Positions 51,968-64,000 of a stretch of 64,000 nt of DNA are shown one piece after another. The stretch spans positions 21,139,869 to 21,203,868 of the forward strand of contig CM119268.1 in NCBI GenBank assembly GCA_051294375.1, given 5' to 3'. Under the pieces are notes generated by a model, which had not been told where the DNA came from, made no database searches, and saw only the letters and a program-made list of their open reading frames with translations. Every line of letters begins with the position of its first letter. Within the stretch, counting starts at the first letter, position 1. This DNA comes from Paraspadella gotoi (taxonomy: Eukaryota; Animalia; Chaetognatha). The position numbers and the translations under genes are program-made.

Positions 51968-53321
51968 TGTCTTCTACGTCGTCTTATTTCCGTCGTCTGT
52001 CGTCGCGTCGGTCTGTCTCGGTCCGTCGGTCTGTTCCGTCGGTCTGTCTGTCTCGTCCGGTCCTGTCCTGTTTCATAATCTGTCCGGGTGTTCTGTCTGT
52101 CCTGTCCTGTCCTGTCGGTCTGTCTGTCTCTCTGTCTCGTGCGGTCTGTCTTGTGTCTGTTTTCTCTCTGTTCGCGTCTGTCTGTGTGTCTGTCCGTCTG
52201 TCGCTGCTCTGTTCTCTGTCTGTCCGTCGTCTGTCTTCGTCCGTCTGTCCTGTCGGTCTGTCTGTCTGTCCGTCGGTCTGTCCGTTCTGTCTGTCCGTCG
52301 GTCTGTCTGTCTCTCTGTCCTCGGTCTGTCTGTGTGTCCTGTCCGTCTGTGCCTCTGTCCGTCGTCTGTCTGTGTGTCTGTCCGCTGTCTGTCTGTCTGG
52401 TCTGTCTGTCCGTCAGTCTGTCCTGTCCGTTGGTCTTGTCCCGTCGGTCTGTCTGTCCGTCGTCGTGTTGTCTCTGTCTCGGTCTGTCTGTCTGTCCGTC
52501 GTCTGTCTGTCTCCTCTGTCCGTCGGTCTGTCTCTGTCTGTCGGTCTTGTCTGTCTCCCTGTCCGTCGGTCCTGTCTGTCTGTCTGTCCGTCGGTCTGTC
52601 TGTCTCTCTGTCCGTCGGTCTGTCTGTCTGTCTGTCCTGTCGTCTGTCTGTCTCTCTGTTCGTCGTCGTCTGTCTGTCTGTCTGTCCGTCGGTCTGTCTC
52701 TCTGTCTGTGCCGTCGATCTGTCTGTCCTGTCCCTGTCCGTGCGTCTGGTGCTGTCCTCTCTGTCCGTCGGCTCATTTGTTAAGACAGAAAAATGTAAGG
52801 AACTGCTAGCGCCGCCTTTAATTTTAAAATTATAAGGAATAAAAGACGGTTTTGATGCAGTGCATGTCATAAATACACGGGCAAAGAAAGTTTTTTAGAC
52901 ATGTCATGTCATGTCATATCATGAAAATAAAGTCACTGCGGCGCAACACATTGGAATTACCCATCTTGTTTATTAACAGCAACACTTTGGCTCACAGACA
53001 TTCCCCCTTGACTAGACGCGTTCGTTTTTCTAATTGTATTCATTCTCTTCTATACATTTACTTTTTTTATTCTCCATATTTTCGTTTTTTATTTATACTA
53101 TTAGTTTTCCTTAGCTAGAACATCTGATTGTGATGTGTAAAAATTAATAAATTCGGCTGTGAGAGACTCTCGAGTGAAAACTTACAAGGACCAGTTACGT
53201 TTTTATTATATATTATTATTATTTATAACCATTATAAAAAATTATCCTTTTTTTCACTGACCAACATTCTAGCAGACGATCTGCAATTCGATCCTCCTCT
53301 TTCTCCCCCTCTAATCCACAG

Positions 53322-53475
53322 TTCAATGATCCTCCCCCTCGCAAGCAGCAGGGATGTAAACCACAAGCCCCACTCACCTCCGTCCCGAGGCTGCGGCCGC
53401 CCCCGGGCTCATTTTGCCCCCTGGAGGCCAGACATTCCGCTCGAAGCCTCTCTCCTCTCCAAGGAGCCGAAAAAG
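53322..53475 (+). other. Candidate internal exon, possibly followed by a 30-nt exon at 53923-53952; product unknown
   Basis: A pyrimidine tract with CTAAT and CAG precedes 53322, and an AAG|GTGAGT donor follows 53475. The segment is GC-rich and open in two frames. The second candidate reads ttttttccccttaag|...GG|gtatgg. No homology recognised. Confidence 0.35.
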
Positions 53476-56400
53476 GTGAGTTCTTTGCCCGCGAAAATCC
53501 GAATCTCACCTTCGAAGTCGTTTTGGCCGAAGATAGGAAAGTATCTTTCGTCGTCGCGAAACGAAATTCTTCCTCTTCGATCCTTACCTCTCCTTACCTC
53601 ATCCTTACCTCACCTTTCTNNNNNNNNNNNNNNNNNNNNNNNNNNNNNNNNNNNNNNNNNNNNNNNNNNNNNNNNNNNNNNNNNNNNNNNNNNNNNNNNN
53701 NNNNNNNNNNNNNNNNNNNNNNNNNNNNNNNNNNNNNNNNNNNNNNNNNNNNNNNNNNNNNNNNNNNNNNNNNNNNNNNNNNNNNNNNNNNNNNNNNNNN
53801 NNNNNNNNNNNNNNNNNNNNNNNNNNNNNNNNNNNNNNNNNNNNNNNNNNNNNNNNNNNNNNNNNNNNNNNNNNNNNNNNNNNNNNNNNNNNNNNNNNNN
53901 NNTCGCATTTTTTCCCCTTAAGGATCTTCCGCGTCGCATATGACAGACTGGGGTATGGTATTCCCACCTGCTCTCTCTCTCTCTTTTTCTTTCTCTCTCT
54001 CNNNNNNNNNNNNNNNNNNNNNNNNNNNNNNNNNNNNNNNNNNNNNNNNNNNNNNNNNNNNNNNNNNNNNNNNNNNNNNNNNNNNNNNNNNNNNNNNNNN
54101 NNNNNNNNNNNNNNNNNNNNNNNNNNNNNNNNNNNNNNNNNNNNNNNNNNNNNNNNNNNNNNNNNNNNNNNNNNNNNNNNNNNNNNNNNNNNNNNNNNNN
54201 NNNNNNNNNNNNNNNNNNNNNNNNNNNNNTCGCTCCCTCTCTCTTTCTCCGCAACTGGATTTAACGGTTTCCCCATCAGCAACGGACCTACGAAAACCGC
54301 GCGCGTCTGAAATACTGAGGACCTTTTATTTTTCCACAACTCAAAAAAAAATGTTAGAAGGAAAAAGCAACGAGTCGTCAAATTTTCGACCTTAAACGAT
54401 TATCACCCCTTTAAGCCCAACCCAAACCCCAATCCAAGGCCCAGATTTGGGTATATGGGTGTAGTTATAATGTTACTAACTTACTAGTCTTTATTCAGCT
54501 AGGACTTGCAATACTAAATTATTGTTTTAAAATGAATTATTTTTTATTGTTAGACTATTATTCAAGCCTTTCTTATTTTTTTAACGCATGAAAACAGACA
54601 AAACAGAAAAAAATTATTACTGATATGTTTTGCCCAAACAATTTTTGGCCCAACCTTAGAGTCAATGCTGGCTCGGCTTTTAGAATTCGGTCCACCCTAC
54701 CTCGTGCCTTAGTGTTCCGCCTCTACACATCCCTGCGTGTACCCATCTACACACCCCTGCGTTCACCCCCTTCCACATCCCTTTTCCAAAACTTCTTCGC
54801 TTTCCTCCACTTTTTCCTTCTTTCTTACTTCCTTCCTATTTTCTATTTTTTGCACATCCATTTCCACATCCCTTTTTCCACATCCCTTTTCCAAAACTTC
54901 TTCGCTTTCCTCCACTTTTTCCTTCTTTCTTACTTCCTTTCTATTTTCCATTTTTTACTCTTTTTATGCTTTTTTTCGCTTTTTTTTCGACGACTTTTTG
55001 CTTTAATTTAATACTTTCTTCCATTTTTTTGCGGGGCTCTTTATATATTTTTATCTATTTTTCTCCTTTGACTTTTTCACGCTGAGATACTTGGTTCTTT
55101 AATCCCTTTTTTTCCTTTTTATTTTATAATTTTGTTATATTTGATTTTTTTTAAATACTTTCATCTCATCTTTCCTCTTTCAGTTTTCTCATTTTCTTTT
55201 TTTTTCTCTTTCCTTTTTTTTCCATTGTTCATTCTTATTTAACTAGTCAGCGTTTATTTAATTAATTTCTTTGATTTTCTCTTTTTTTCCAATATCTCTC
55301 ATCTTATTTCTCTCTCCTTTTTTTCTTTTTTGTCTTTTATTACCTCTTGAGCATTACTCCCATTTTCCACAAAATTTCTCCCATTTTCCCTCCTTTATTT
55401 TTTTCTCCTCTCTATTTTCCTATCTTTTCCCCTTCACTCTCCTGCGCCTTGCAAACGACCAGAACTTTGTTGGCACGCCAATAAGAAGCCGCACTGAGCT
55501 CTTCGTTTTCCGCCAAACTCCGCTCTCTGCTTCGGTCTCTCATTCTCTCTCTCTCTCTGCTCTCTTTTGGGTCATCAAGGCTACGATCAACGATTCATTA
55601 GGCTTCTCTCTCCACGCTTTCTCAAATTTTTTAAAGAGAAGTGAAAAAGAGAAGAGAAAAAAAAGAAAAAAAGAAAAGAAAAAAAGAGAAGAGAAAAAAG
55701 GGAATGAATAAGAAAAGAAAAAAGAAAAGTAAATAAAAAGAAAAGAAAAAAAAAGTAAATAAAAAGAAGAGAAAAAAAGAAATAACAAAAAAAAATAAAA
55801 AAGAGGGAAGAAAAAGAGACAAGAAAAAGAGAGAAGAAAGAGAGATGAGAAAAAGAGAAGAGAAAAAAGAGAATTGAAAAAGAGAAGAGAAAAAAAAGAG
55901 AAAAAGAGAGAAAAAAAGGAGAAGTAAAAAAAAGAAGAGAAAAAAAATCATACAATATAACCTTAATCCCCCCAAAAATTATCCATTCCCCACTTTTTTT
56001 CGGCCTTGTAGATATTATGAGTTTCTCATTAATATGTTATGTCATGTCAAGATAGAGGGGCGTTTACCGCCACAGCTCTTTCCCATCTCCCTCTTATATT
56101 GTACATAACCGTCTTTACTAAACTTTAGACTTATTAGACTCCATATCTTTACTTACCTCTTTTACCTGATGAGAGACTAGTTAGTACCTACCTTTAGCTA
56201 GATACCCATCTTCCCAGCATGTCATGTCATGTCACGAGAAATACACGTGATAAGGCGGTCACTGCGGCGCAACACATTTGCATTACCGTTCTTGTTTATT
56301 ACTTTTCTTGAAATTCTTGATAGAAAACTTTCAAAGTTTTTATTTTGTAATATAGTGATGAAGGCCTTAAACCGCCCGAGCCTGTCCAAATTTTTTTATT

Positions 56401-56730
56401 AAATATCTAATTCATTTAGTGGCATAAATACCGAATCTAGAAATCTTTTCCACCAAATTCAAACCTCAGGTGGTCATGAAATAAAATTAATTGCTGCTGT
56501 TGTTGTTGTTGTTGTTGCTGTTGTTGTTGTTGTTGTTGTTGTTTGTGTGAAATGATCTCCTCGCCTGGAAGACTCGACGCAATAACAAAGATTGATCAGG
56601 CATTCAGGATGCACCTAGCCAGTCTTCGCCTGACTGATGAATCATCAAAACAGAAACATGGACTCTTTTTTTTTAAAGTCGTTTCTCTTCATCAACTTTC
56701 ACCGCAACGCGACTCTGCAGTTCATAGTCT

Positions 56731-56764
<34 letters not shown>

Positions 56765-57095
56765 TGTCTCTTGATAATGACTTTTTCAAAAAAATGTTGG
56801 TGACACAAAAGGGAGGAAGAGAACGACGACGACGACAGCGACGAAAATGAGGTTCGAGAACGAAGCACTATGATTACGTGAATGACAACGACGACGACGA
56901 CGACGATGACGACGACAAAAAAAACGAGGGAACAAAGAATGAAAAGCAAAAACTAATAAGAGAACAAACAAACGCGGAATCATCAAAGGCACAATGACGA
57001 AGGCAACCAATTTTGCAGAAGGCGACTTCGATGTCGACTTTATATTGCGTTGCTCTTGGAATTTAGTGAATTGAAATTGAATTGGAATTGAGTGA

Positions 57096-57560
57096 ATGGC
57101 ATCACGGTATTGCAACGCGGTATTGCCAACCGGGCACTGCATCGCGGCATTGCAATACGGTTTTGCAAACCGGGCATTGCATTGCGGCATTGCAATACGG
57201 TTTTTCAAACCGGGCACTGCATCGCGGCATTGCAATACGGTTTTGCAAACCGGGCATTGCATCGCGGCATTGCAATACGGTTTTGCAAACCGGGCATTGC
57301 ATCGCGGCATTGCAATACGGTTTTGCAAACCGGGCACTGCATCGCGGCTTTGCAATACAGTTTTGCAAACCGGGCACTGCATCGCGGCATTGCAATACAG
57401 TTTTGCAAACCGGGCATTGCATCGCGGCATTGCAATACGGTTTTTCAAACCGGGCACTGCATCGCGGCATTGCAATATGGTTTTGCAAACCGGGCACTGC
57501 ATCGCGGCATTGCAATACGGTTTTGCAAACCGGGCACTGCATCACGACATTGCAATACGG
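57096..57560. repeat. 40-bp minisatellite (CGGGCACTGCATCGCGGCATTGCAATACGGTTTTGCAAAC), about 11.5 copies
   Basis: Units start exactly every 40 bp from 57131 to 57531. Confidence 0.95.
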
Positions 57561-57826
57561 AACAAAACTTCATCGACGGAATAAAAATCATTCGACGATC
57601 AGTTTTTCTGCGACGCAGAAGACGACGACAATTACGACGATGACAAGACGATGACGACGACGATAATGAAGACGACGACAATGACGACAATTACGACGAT
57701 GACAAGACGACGACGACGACGATAATGAAGACGACAGCGATGCACAATGACGGTTTCCATGACATTTTGACAATGATAAATAATGATGATAATTAAATCA
57801 TTAAAAAAAAATATCGATGATAGTTA

Positions 57827-58003
57827 TATCATTAAATGATAAATAAAGATGATATTTAAATCATTAAATGATAAATAAAGATGATATTTAAATCAATAAA
57901 TGATAAATAACGATGATATTTAAATGATTAAATGATAAATAAAAATGATATTCAAATCATTAAATGATAAATAAAGATGATATTTAAATCATTAAATGAT
58001 AAA
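57827..58003. repeat. 32-bp AT-rich minisatellite (AAATAAAGATGATATTTAAATCATTAAATGAT)
   Basis: About 5.5 copies seen directly. Confidence 0.9.
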
Positions 58004-58280
58004 TTGAAATAAAAGTAGTATTATTACTCTGAAGGCCACACAACGCATAGGAAAAAATTGATATAGAAACGACGTTAATGACGACAACAACAACAACAAC
58101 GACAACAACAACGACAACCTGGACGACGTCCCCAACGAATTTACGAGCGACGACAACAACGACGACAACAACGACGACAGCAACGACGACGACAACAACG
58201 ACGACGACGCTGCTTTTGAAATTCTGAAGGTGAATCTTATGAATGAATATTGGCAGAGGAATGAGGAATGGGAACGAAAC

Positions 58281-58336
<56 letters not shown>

Positions 58337-59028
58337 CTGCGTGTTATACAAGGACAGAATGTGGAAGAGAAAAGTCTCTCGACGACCGGGGATGACGAAG
58401 AGAGAAATGATAGGATAAAGTATACCATTGTAGATTCTAAATATCCTATTTTTTCCCTTTCCTTTTCTCTTTATTCTGTTTTGTATTCCATTATTTTGTT
58501 CCACCGCTCGATGATAGGATGATATCTATCGTATATTGCGTTCTTTGGTGTGTTTTTGTTCGCTTATTTCCATGATTAATCATGCGAAAGGAGAAATAAC
58601 ACAACATTCGTGATTTTTTGTCAAAGCGCAAGTGTATTCACAAACTTGAGGATGATGATGTATAGTTTGATGATGTATCGATTGGATATAGATAGATGAA
58701 TATTATGTAGAAGATTTGATGATGATGGTGATGATGATGAAATTTGGTGTGTAGGTAATATAATTGTAATTTAAGTCAGAATTGGAATTTATAACAAGTT
58801 AATCTCCGCTATAAACATATCTAAAGTGAATGTATTAATCTGCAAATTTCTTAATAAGATTTTTATTAATTAGTTAGTCAATATCGACAAGAAAGAGAAG
58901 ATATAAAAATAAAAAAACAAATCATGATTACATATTTAAAAATGACGTTCTCTTATTTTGAGTAAATTAAGGCCTAACAGAACATTTAATCTATTATTTT
59001 CCAAATAAGGTAATGAAACTTCTCTTTC

Positions 59029-59195
<167 letters not shown>

Positions 59196-62100
59196 TACAG
59201 AAACGCGGCAACCACTAAGAGTAGTAAAAAGTGGAAGTGTTCACATTTTATAATAAAATATGTTGACGTTTAATAGAATATTGCTCTTAGTCGATTGTTG
59301 TTTGCTGTGAAAAAATACCATTTCATGAAAATTTTCTGTAAACTGGTACGTAGTATCAAAGTAGAAAAATTCTTTGTCAAAAAAACAAGACTTCTTCTAA
59401 AATTTTGAAGAACAGCGGAAAAAAGAATGTAGTTTTAAAAAAAAATTAAAAAATTTATTTTAATTTTAGCTACTTATTCGCCCGTTTTTCTGAATTTATT
59501 GACTACTATTTTCCAGGTCGGGACATCAAACTGCCAAAGTCAAGTTGACAATTTGATTTTGATTGTTTTTATTCCTGTTGACCCTTTTCAGACATCCCGA
59601 CTCTAAAATCTCCAGCGCGTTTGCCCGTGCCGTCCTCGTTGTCTAGAATATTCAACAACGACACTACCATTTTCCCGGCCTGTAGAAGGACGAAGTCCAC
59701 CGCCAGGAATCGGTAATCATTTGTGTTAGGGTTTTGGTTGATAAATGATTGGTAAAAATCATATTCCCTTATTTATTTACTGGTCTGTCCCTTTTGTTGT
59801 TTTTTTTTGACGCCGTCATGACGGCAGAGAGGACGCGCCGCCGCAAACTGACCGCAAATTCGGGTAAGTTAGATAGATCGCGAAGTTTTTGAAAAACGAG
59901 GCAATGCCCTTTTTCTCCCTTTCGCTTATAAAAATTACTTTTGAAAAATCTCAACACGATTACACACAATTATTATTAAATAATCATCGAGCAAAACGGC
60001 CCTCATGGAATTAATTTTTTTCAAACTGGGAGTGACTGTAATCAATATCCGGAATAAAAGCAGCCGTTAATGATTAAGGAGCAGTCCATTATTTTATCCT
60101 TGATTACTGTATAGAATTGCTCATTAAATCTATTTAAAATTTTCCTTGTTTGAGTTTTGTGAAGTTTTTAATTATTTCACTTTTTTGTCGGTCCGTGCAG
60201 TCCACGCCTAAGGGTCTTATCGGTAAGCAACTTAAATCAATGTCAGAACATCGAATTATGATATATTATGCAACCAAAAAAAAACTATTGTCCGTTCCCG
60301 TTTTGTCCGTCCTTTCCGTCCGTTAGCATTGGATTGGATGGAATTGGATTTTTGAATGAAAATTTTGGGTGGGTGTGGTGAAGGGGTGATTGAGCTAAAT
60401 TTTATAGAAGTGTTTTCGATGGAAATCGAGCAATGGAAATAAGTAATATATATAAGTCATATTCTAGCTCTTTCTTATTTTTATTCAATGGATTTATTAA
60501 TAAATGGGAATTGTCCAATGTGAAAATGAGTTTTTAAAAAAATGGGAAAAAAACCTGTTATTAATTGATCAAAGTGGGCTTTTTTTAATTAAATATCTTT
60601 TTAATTAAATAATTTTATTATCTGATTAAGGTGTTCTTACGCGCTAAAAATGATATGATAGTGAACAGTTTCACACGTCATTTGATTATTGCTTTTCTTT
60701 TCTTTTTATATGAAAATAAAATGGAGTTGTATTATTATTTATAATAAAAAATGAGGTACCCGTCTTTTTGTGAGCTTTTTTGTACCGCGTTCGAATTTCA
60801 TGAAATTTGTCATTTAGAGAGTTTAGATGACAATATAAATTGGAAACTATCGAGGCGAAATTTTTGATTTTCAACCCCTGACAGACAAGAAAAATTTTTT
60901 TAGTAGTCCTCAGGTTGCATTGAAGTTTTAATTTAAACATAAAAAATATTTTAGAACAAAAATTGATAAATTTTTCAATAATTAAGCATGGTTTTAAGTT
61001 CAATCGTTTTACTTCCAATTTTTTGCTCAAATTATTCCAAATCATAGAGTGAACCGCTTGATGTTCATGAAGCTGAAAATTAAGAATAAGCTAATATTTT
61101 TGAGGGTAAAATAAATCGTTAAATAAACGTCTATGCACTTGATCAAAACAAATAACTGGAAATTTTTTTTTGAAAAAAGTGAAAGGCATCCGGGACCCCC
61201 AAATATGCGGCCTGCAGGGGTGCAAATTATAAATTTTGGTCCAGTAGTTTTTTTCGGAACGTGTTTTGCTGGTCACAAGAAAGGGGTACCCCGTCATTTT
61301 ATAATATGAAGACTTCTGTAATCAATCTAAACCAATTCTCAATCAAAATTAAATAATAAATTATTCCAATTTAAATAATTAATTTAATTAATTTAATTCA
61401 TTTAATTAAACTTATCAGTCGATATAAATCAATGCAACAAAAATTATTCATCAAACAATTAATCAATGTTAACATTCGTCGTCGTCGCCATCTCGTCGAC
61501 GTTTGCTGCTTTTCTTTGTGGTTAATAAACCTGACAAAAAAGAACCTAAAAAACAAGATTTGAAGCAAACAACTGATAGAATAATTATTTTTAATATTAA
61601 ATAAATTGATTAATTAATTACTGTATATGACGTGGGCAGATCCGGCATGTTTGCGCTTCACTTTTTTTTTTTTTTTTTAGCGCCTAGAACGCTTTTTTTC
61701 CATTCCCTGGAACGTTCGCTTTCTGCCTAATTTTTATTCTATTCAAACATTAGTATGCAAAGATTTCATTATAACTTTTTTCGGTCCTTTATCTGTTTTG
61801 TGCCCACAGCCTTACCTCCTTCTAATATTTTCTATGATTGTCTATCTCCGATCAAGGAGGTATTAATAAATCCGCATGAAAACTTGAATCCCCTTCGGGT
61901 CTTCTCTGCCCGCGTAGTCCTCAAGCGTGTGGCCACTAGTGCCACAAACTTTTTTGAAAAACAACTGGGCGTCGATTCGTGGCCTCTTCCTTTTTTCCAG
62001 ATCTTCATATATTAATATTGTTGTTTTCTTCGTTTCGTTGGTGCTTACTGTTTTTTGCAACGACGTTCGCGTCGTAAAGTGACTTGCGCTCATGTCGATT

Positions 62101-63019
62101 TTATCGTAGTTTTTTTTTCTTGATTTTTTAATTTATACTATTTTTTTGTTTGTTGCAAATCAATTGATATCTAATGATTAATCATTTAATGAGAGAGATA
62201 ATCGTTTGCAATATCGTTATTATGGTATATAATGGCGTTACCATTTACCCGGCCACCGCCAGTTATCTATGGCGTGTGTCGAAATTTTTTTAGACAAAAA
62301 CTTTCTTACCGCCACTAAGAAAGAAATCTTTTAAAATAGGCTTTGTAGATTACTTTGATATGCCGCATTTGGCTATTTCTTAACCCTGGGTTGATTATCA
62401 TTATTTTAAGGCTTCTCTCTTCAAACGTATTATATAGCGCAAGTAAAGTCAGAATTTTCTTTAGGATTTTAAAATAAAAAAAATTTCTTTTAAAATTGGG
62501 GTTTTGAAATAATTTTTTTACGTGTTTCGAAGTAAAAACCACACAATTTCGATTTAAATATCGAAAAAACAAGTTAAATAGCTGCAATTTTTAATTTTTT
62601 TTTAAGCGCGATACAATCTTTTTTTTAATAATTTTTAGAAAGAAAATTGTAGCAATAGCATTATGTTGCATGAAAATACTATCCCTTTTTAGATCTTAAA
62701 AGTTTTTGCCTTTGCCTTCTGTATCTGATGTTGCACAATTCTAATTGGGTGATTAAGATTGTTATTATTTTTTAGAAAATAAAGTGTTGTTTTTAATTTA
62801 AATCAATGTTTTATTCCATACTATGAAAGCATAGATTTAAAAACAGTAAGCTTGTTGCGATAGAACAAAAACAACGTTTGTAAGCAATTCTTTATTATTC
62901 AAGGCATAAAAATTTAAATGTAACAAATGGTTGAGGGCGGTAGTCCAAGCCTAAGCAGTTAATCGAAAACGAGCCCACGTCTTAAAATGACATCACCGTT
63001 CTTCTCATTCTCCTGCATA

Positions 63020-63830
63020 AGAACGAACCAGGAAGTTTGAGTGCTTCCAATAGGCGGTCATTGCGCATCCAAGGGGTTCGAGGTCGAGACACCGTCGGAG
63101 TGCAGATCTAACATCGTTCGCTTTGCCCCTTTCTTAACAGCTTTCTAATGATCTGGTCCGCCGCGGCGGTCCGCCGCACTTGCCTTCCTTGTTGTTGGGC
63201 TCTTCGCTGTTAATCCCGAGTTCTGCCGCCGAGTTCGCCGCCAGCGGCAACGGATGTCGTTTTGTCGCATCGGCAACGGCGCGCAATGAGCAGAGAGCGA
63301 CAAGTGTCACGAGTTTTGCTTCGAGTCTTTGTCGTGTTTCGCTTCTACAGATGACATCTCCGGCATCGGCAAACCCAATGTGCAAATAGAGAGGCGAGTT
63401 TTTTTTTTGCGCATGAAATTTTTCTCCTTTTTTTCGAAAATCCTAAAGCATCGTAGTTAGGGCAGGCAGGGGCACGCGCAGCTCCATATCTCAGCGCCCA
63501 TTGGAATTCGTACTCCGGTGACGCGCCGTAAGCAGTGGTTTGGCACCAGGTTAATAGCTCGGCCAGCTAGGCACCGAAGGACCAGATTGTCGATTGGGGT
63601 GTGGGCCAGTGTTTCTAATTCAGAATAAACTTCAGGAGGCTCGGGTAGAAACCGGGAAAACTGGATGTGAAGTTATAGGTGGCTGGTGGTAGTGGAGGTT
63701 TGAGGCTCCAAAGTCATGACTTTTCAAGTCCACGGCCATTCGGACTTTTGTAAGATAAAGAATCACACTCTCTGTTTTTCTTTCTTTTTCATGCAGTTAG
63801 AAGTGACGCTCCCCTTCTTGTCTAATAAAC
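63020..63830 (-). CDS. DYRK-family CMGC protein kinase catalytic domain (class II, DYRK2/3/4 / mbk-2-like), heavily frameshifted in this sequence (uncorrected read or pseudogene); probably continues beyond the window end
   Basis: Stitching frames on the minus strand gives ordered motifs: LKV(I)DFGAS (DFG at 63715-63707), IQ.SRFYRAPEVIL (about 63666-63620), PIDIWSFGC.LAELLTG.PLL (about 63597-63530), KNF...P.Y(C)T, GK..GPP...RSL (about 63187-63145) and RRCLDLEP..RMT...EAL..PWF (about 63097-63025). QSRFYRAPEVIL and GK.RGPP are DYRK2-class signatures. Confidence 0.8.
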
Positions 63831-64000
63831 AGATTCCAGAGGTAAGCGAATAGAGAGAATTTATCGTTTTAATTAGGTTTAATAATGTCGGGTCAACGAA
63901 ATTCTAACTTATCGTATATTAAAACTCCTGAAAACTTACTTTAGGAGACGTTTTTCCCGAGCTTGAGGTCTATTTCCAGTGGACGACCTCAGATTGGAGT

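Larger units (their letters stand above)
51290..52770. repeat. GTCT-rich satellite (about 24-bp CCGTCGGTCTGTCTGTCTCTCTGT unit) interrupted by the inverted LTR pair
   Basis: The repeat has the same polarity on both sides of 51396-51967. Confidence 0.85.

Noticed and set aside
56786-57654. Cys-rich ORFs (MQCPVCK... repeats) resembling zinc-finger or metallothionein proteins
   Set aside because: They come from the 40-bp minisatellite. The period is not a multiple of 3, so the same peptides cycle through all frames on both strands.
61091-62093. Short minus-strand ORFs (68 and 76 aa) and a possible TAA/TAG read-through code
   Set aside because: No domain was recognised. Stops in this region are better explained by non-coding sequence or read errors, and there is no independent evidence for a variant genetic code.

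Overview
This is an AT-rich eukaryotic draft-assembly scaffold, probably from an animal. It is dominated by microsatellites, minisatellites, N gaps and transposon remnants, and almost every ORF in the supplied track is a low-complexity artefact. Much of the large-scale structure looks like gap-filling with uncorrected long reads: four gaps of exactly 25 N, near-identical duplications beside them, a ~10.6 kb fold-back centred near 38884, and indel-rich copies. Two protein-coding remnants are recognisable. One is a frameshift-riddled class II DYRK (DYRK2/mbk-2-like) kinase domain on the minus strand at about 63020-63830, which the ORF track misses. The other is the RLE-endonuclease C-terminus of a 5'-truncated CRE-like non-LTR retrotransposon at 9100-9366. 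The most interesting signal is a ~280 bp element family with four copies. It has LTR-type TG...CA ends, 4-bp target-site duplications and an internal tRNA-like Pol III A/B-box cassette, so it resembles a Helenus-type TRIM. One locus is an unusual inverted LTR-PBS-LTR palindrome sharing a single TSD. Also present are telomere-like arrays bracketed by short inverted repeats (Helentron/HINE-like), a MITE, an LTR with a tRNA-Leu-like PBS, and a 25-bp-periodic array of palindromic cores with variable spacers. All calls are by eye; no searches were run.
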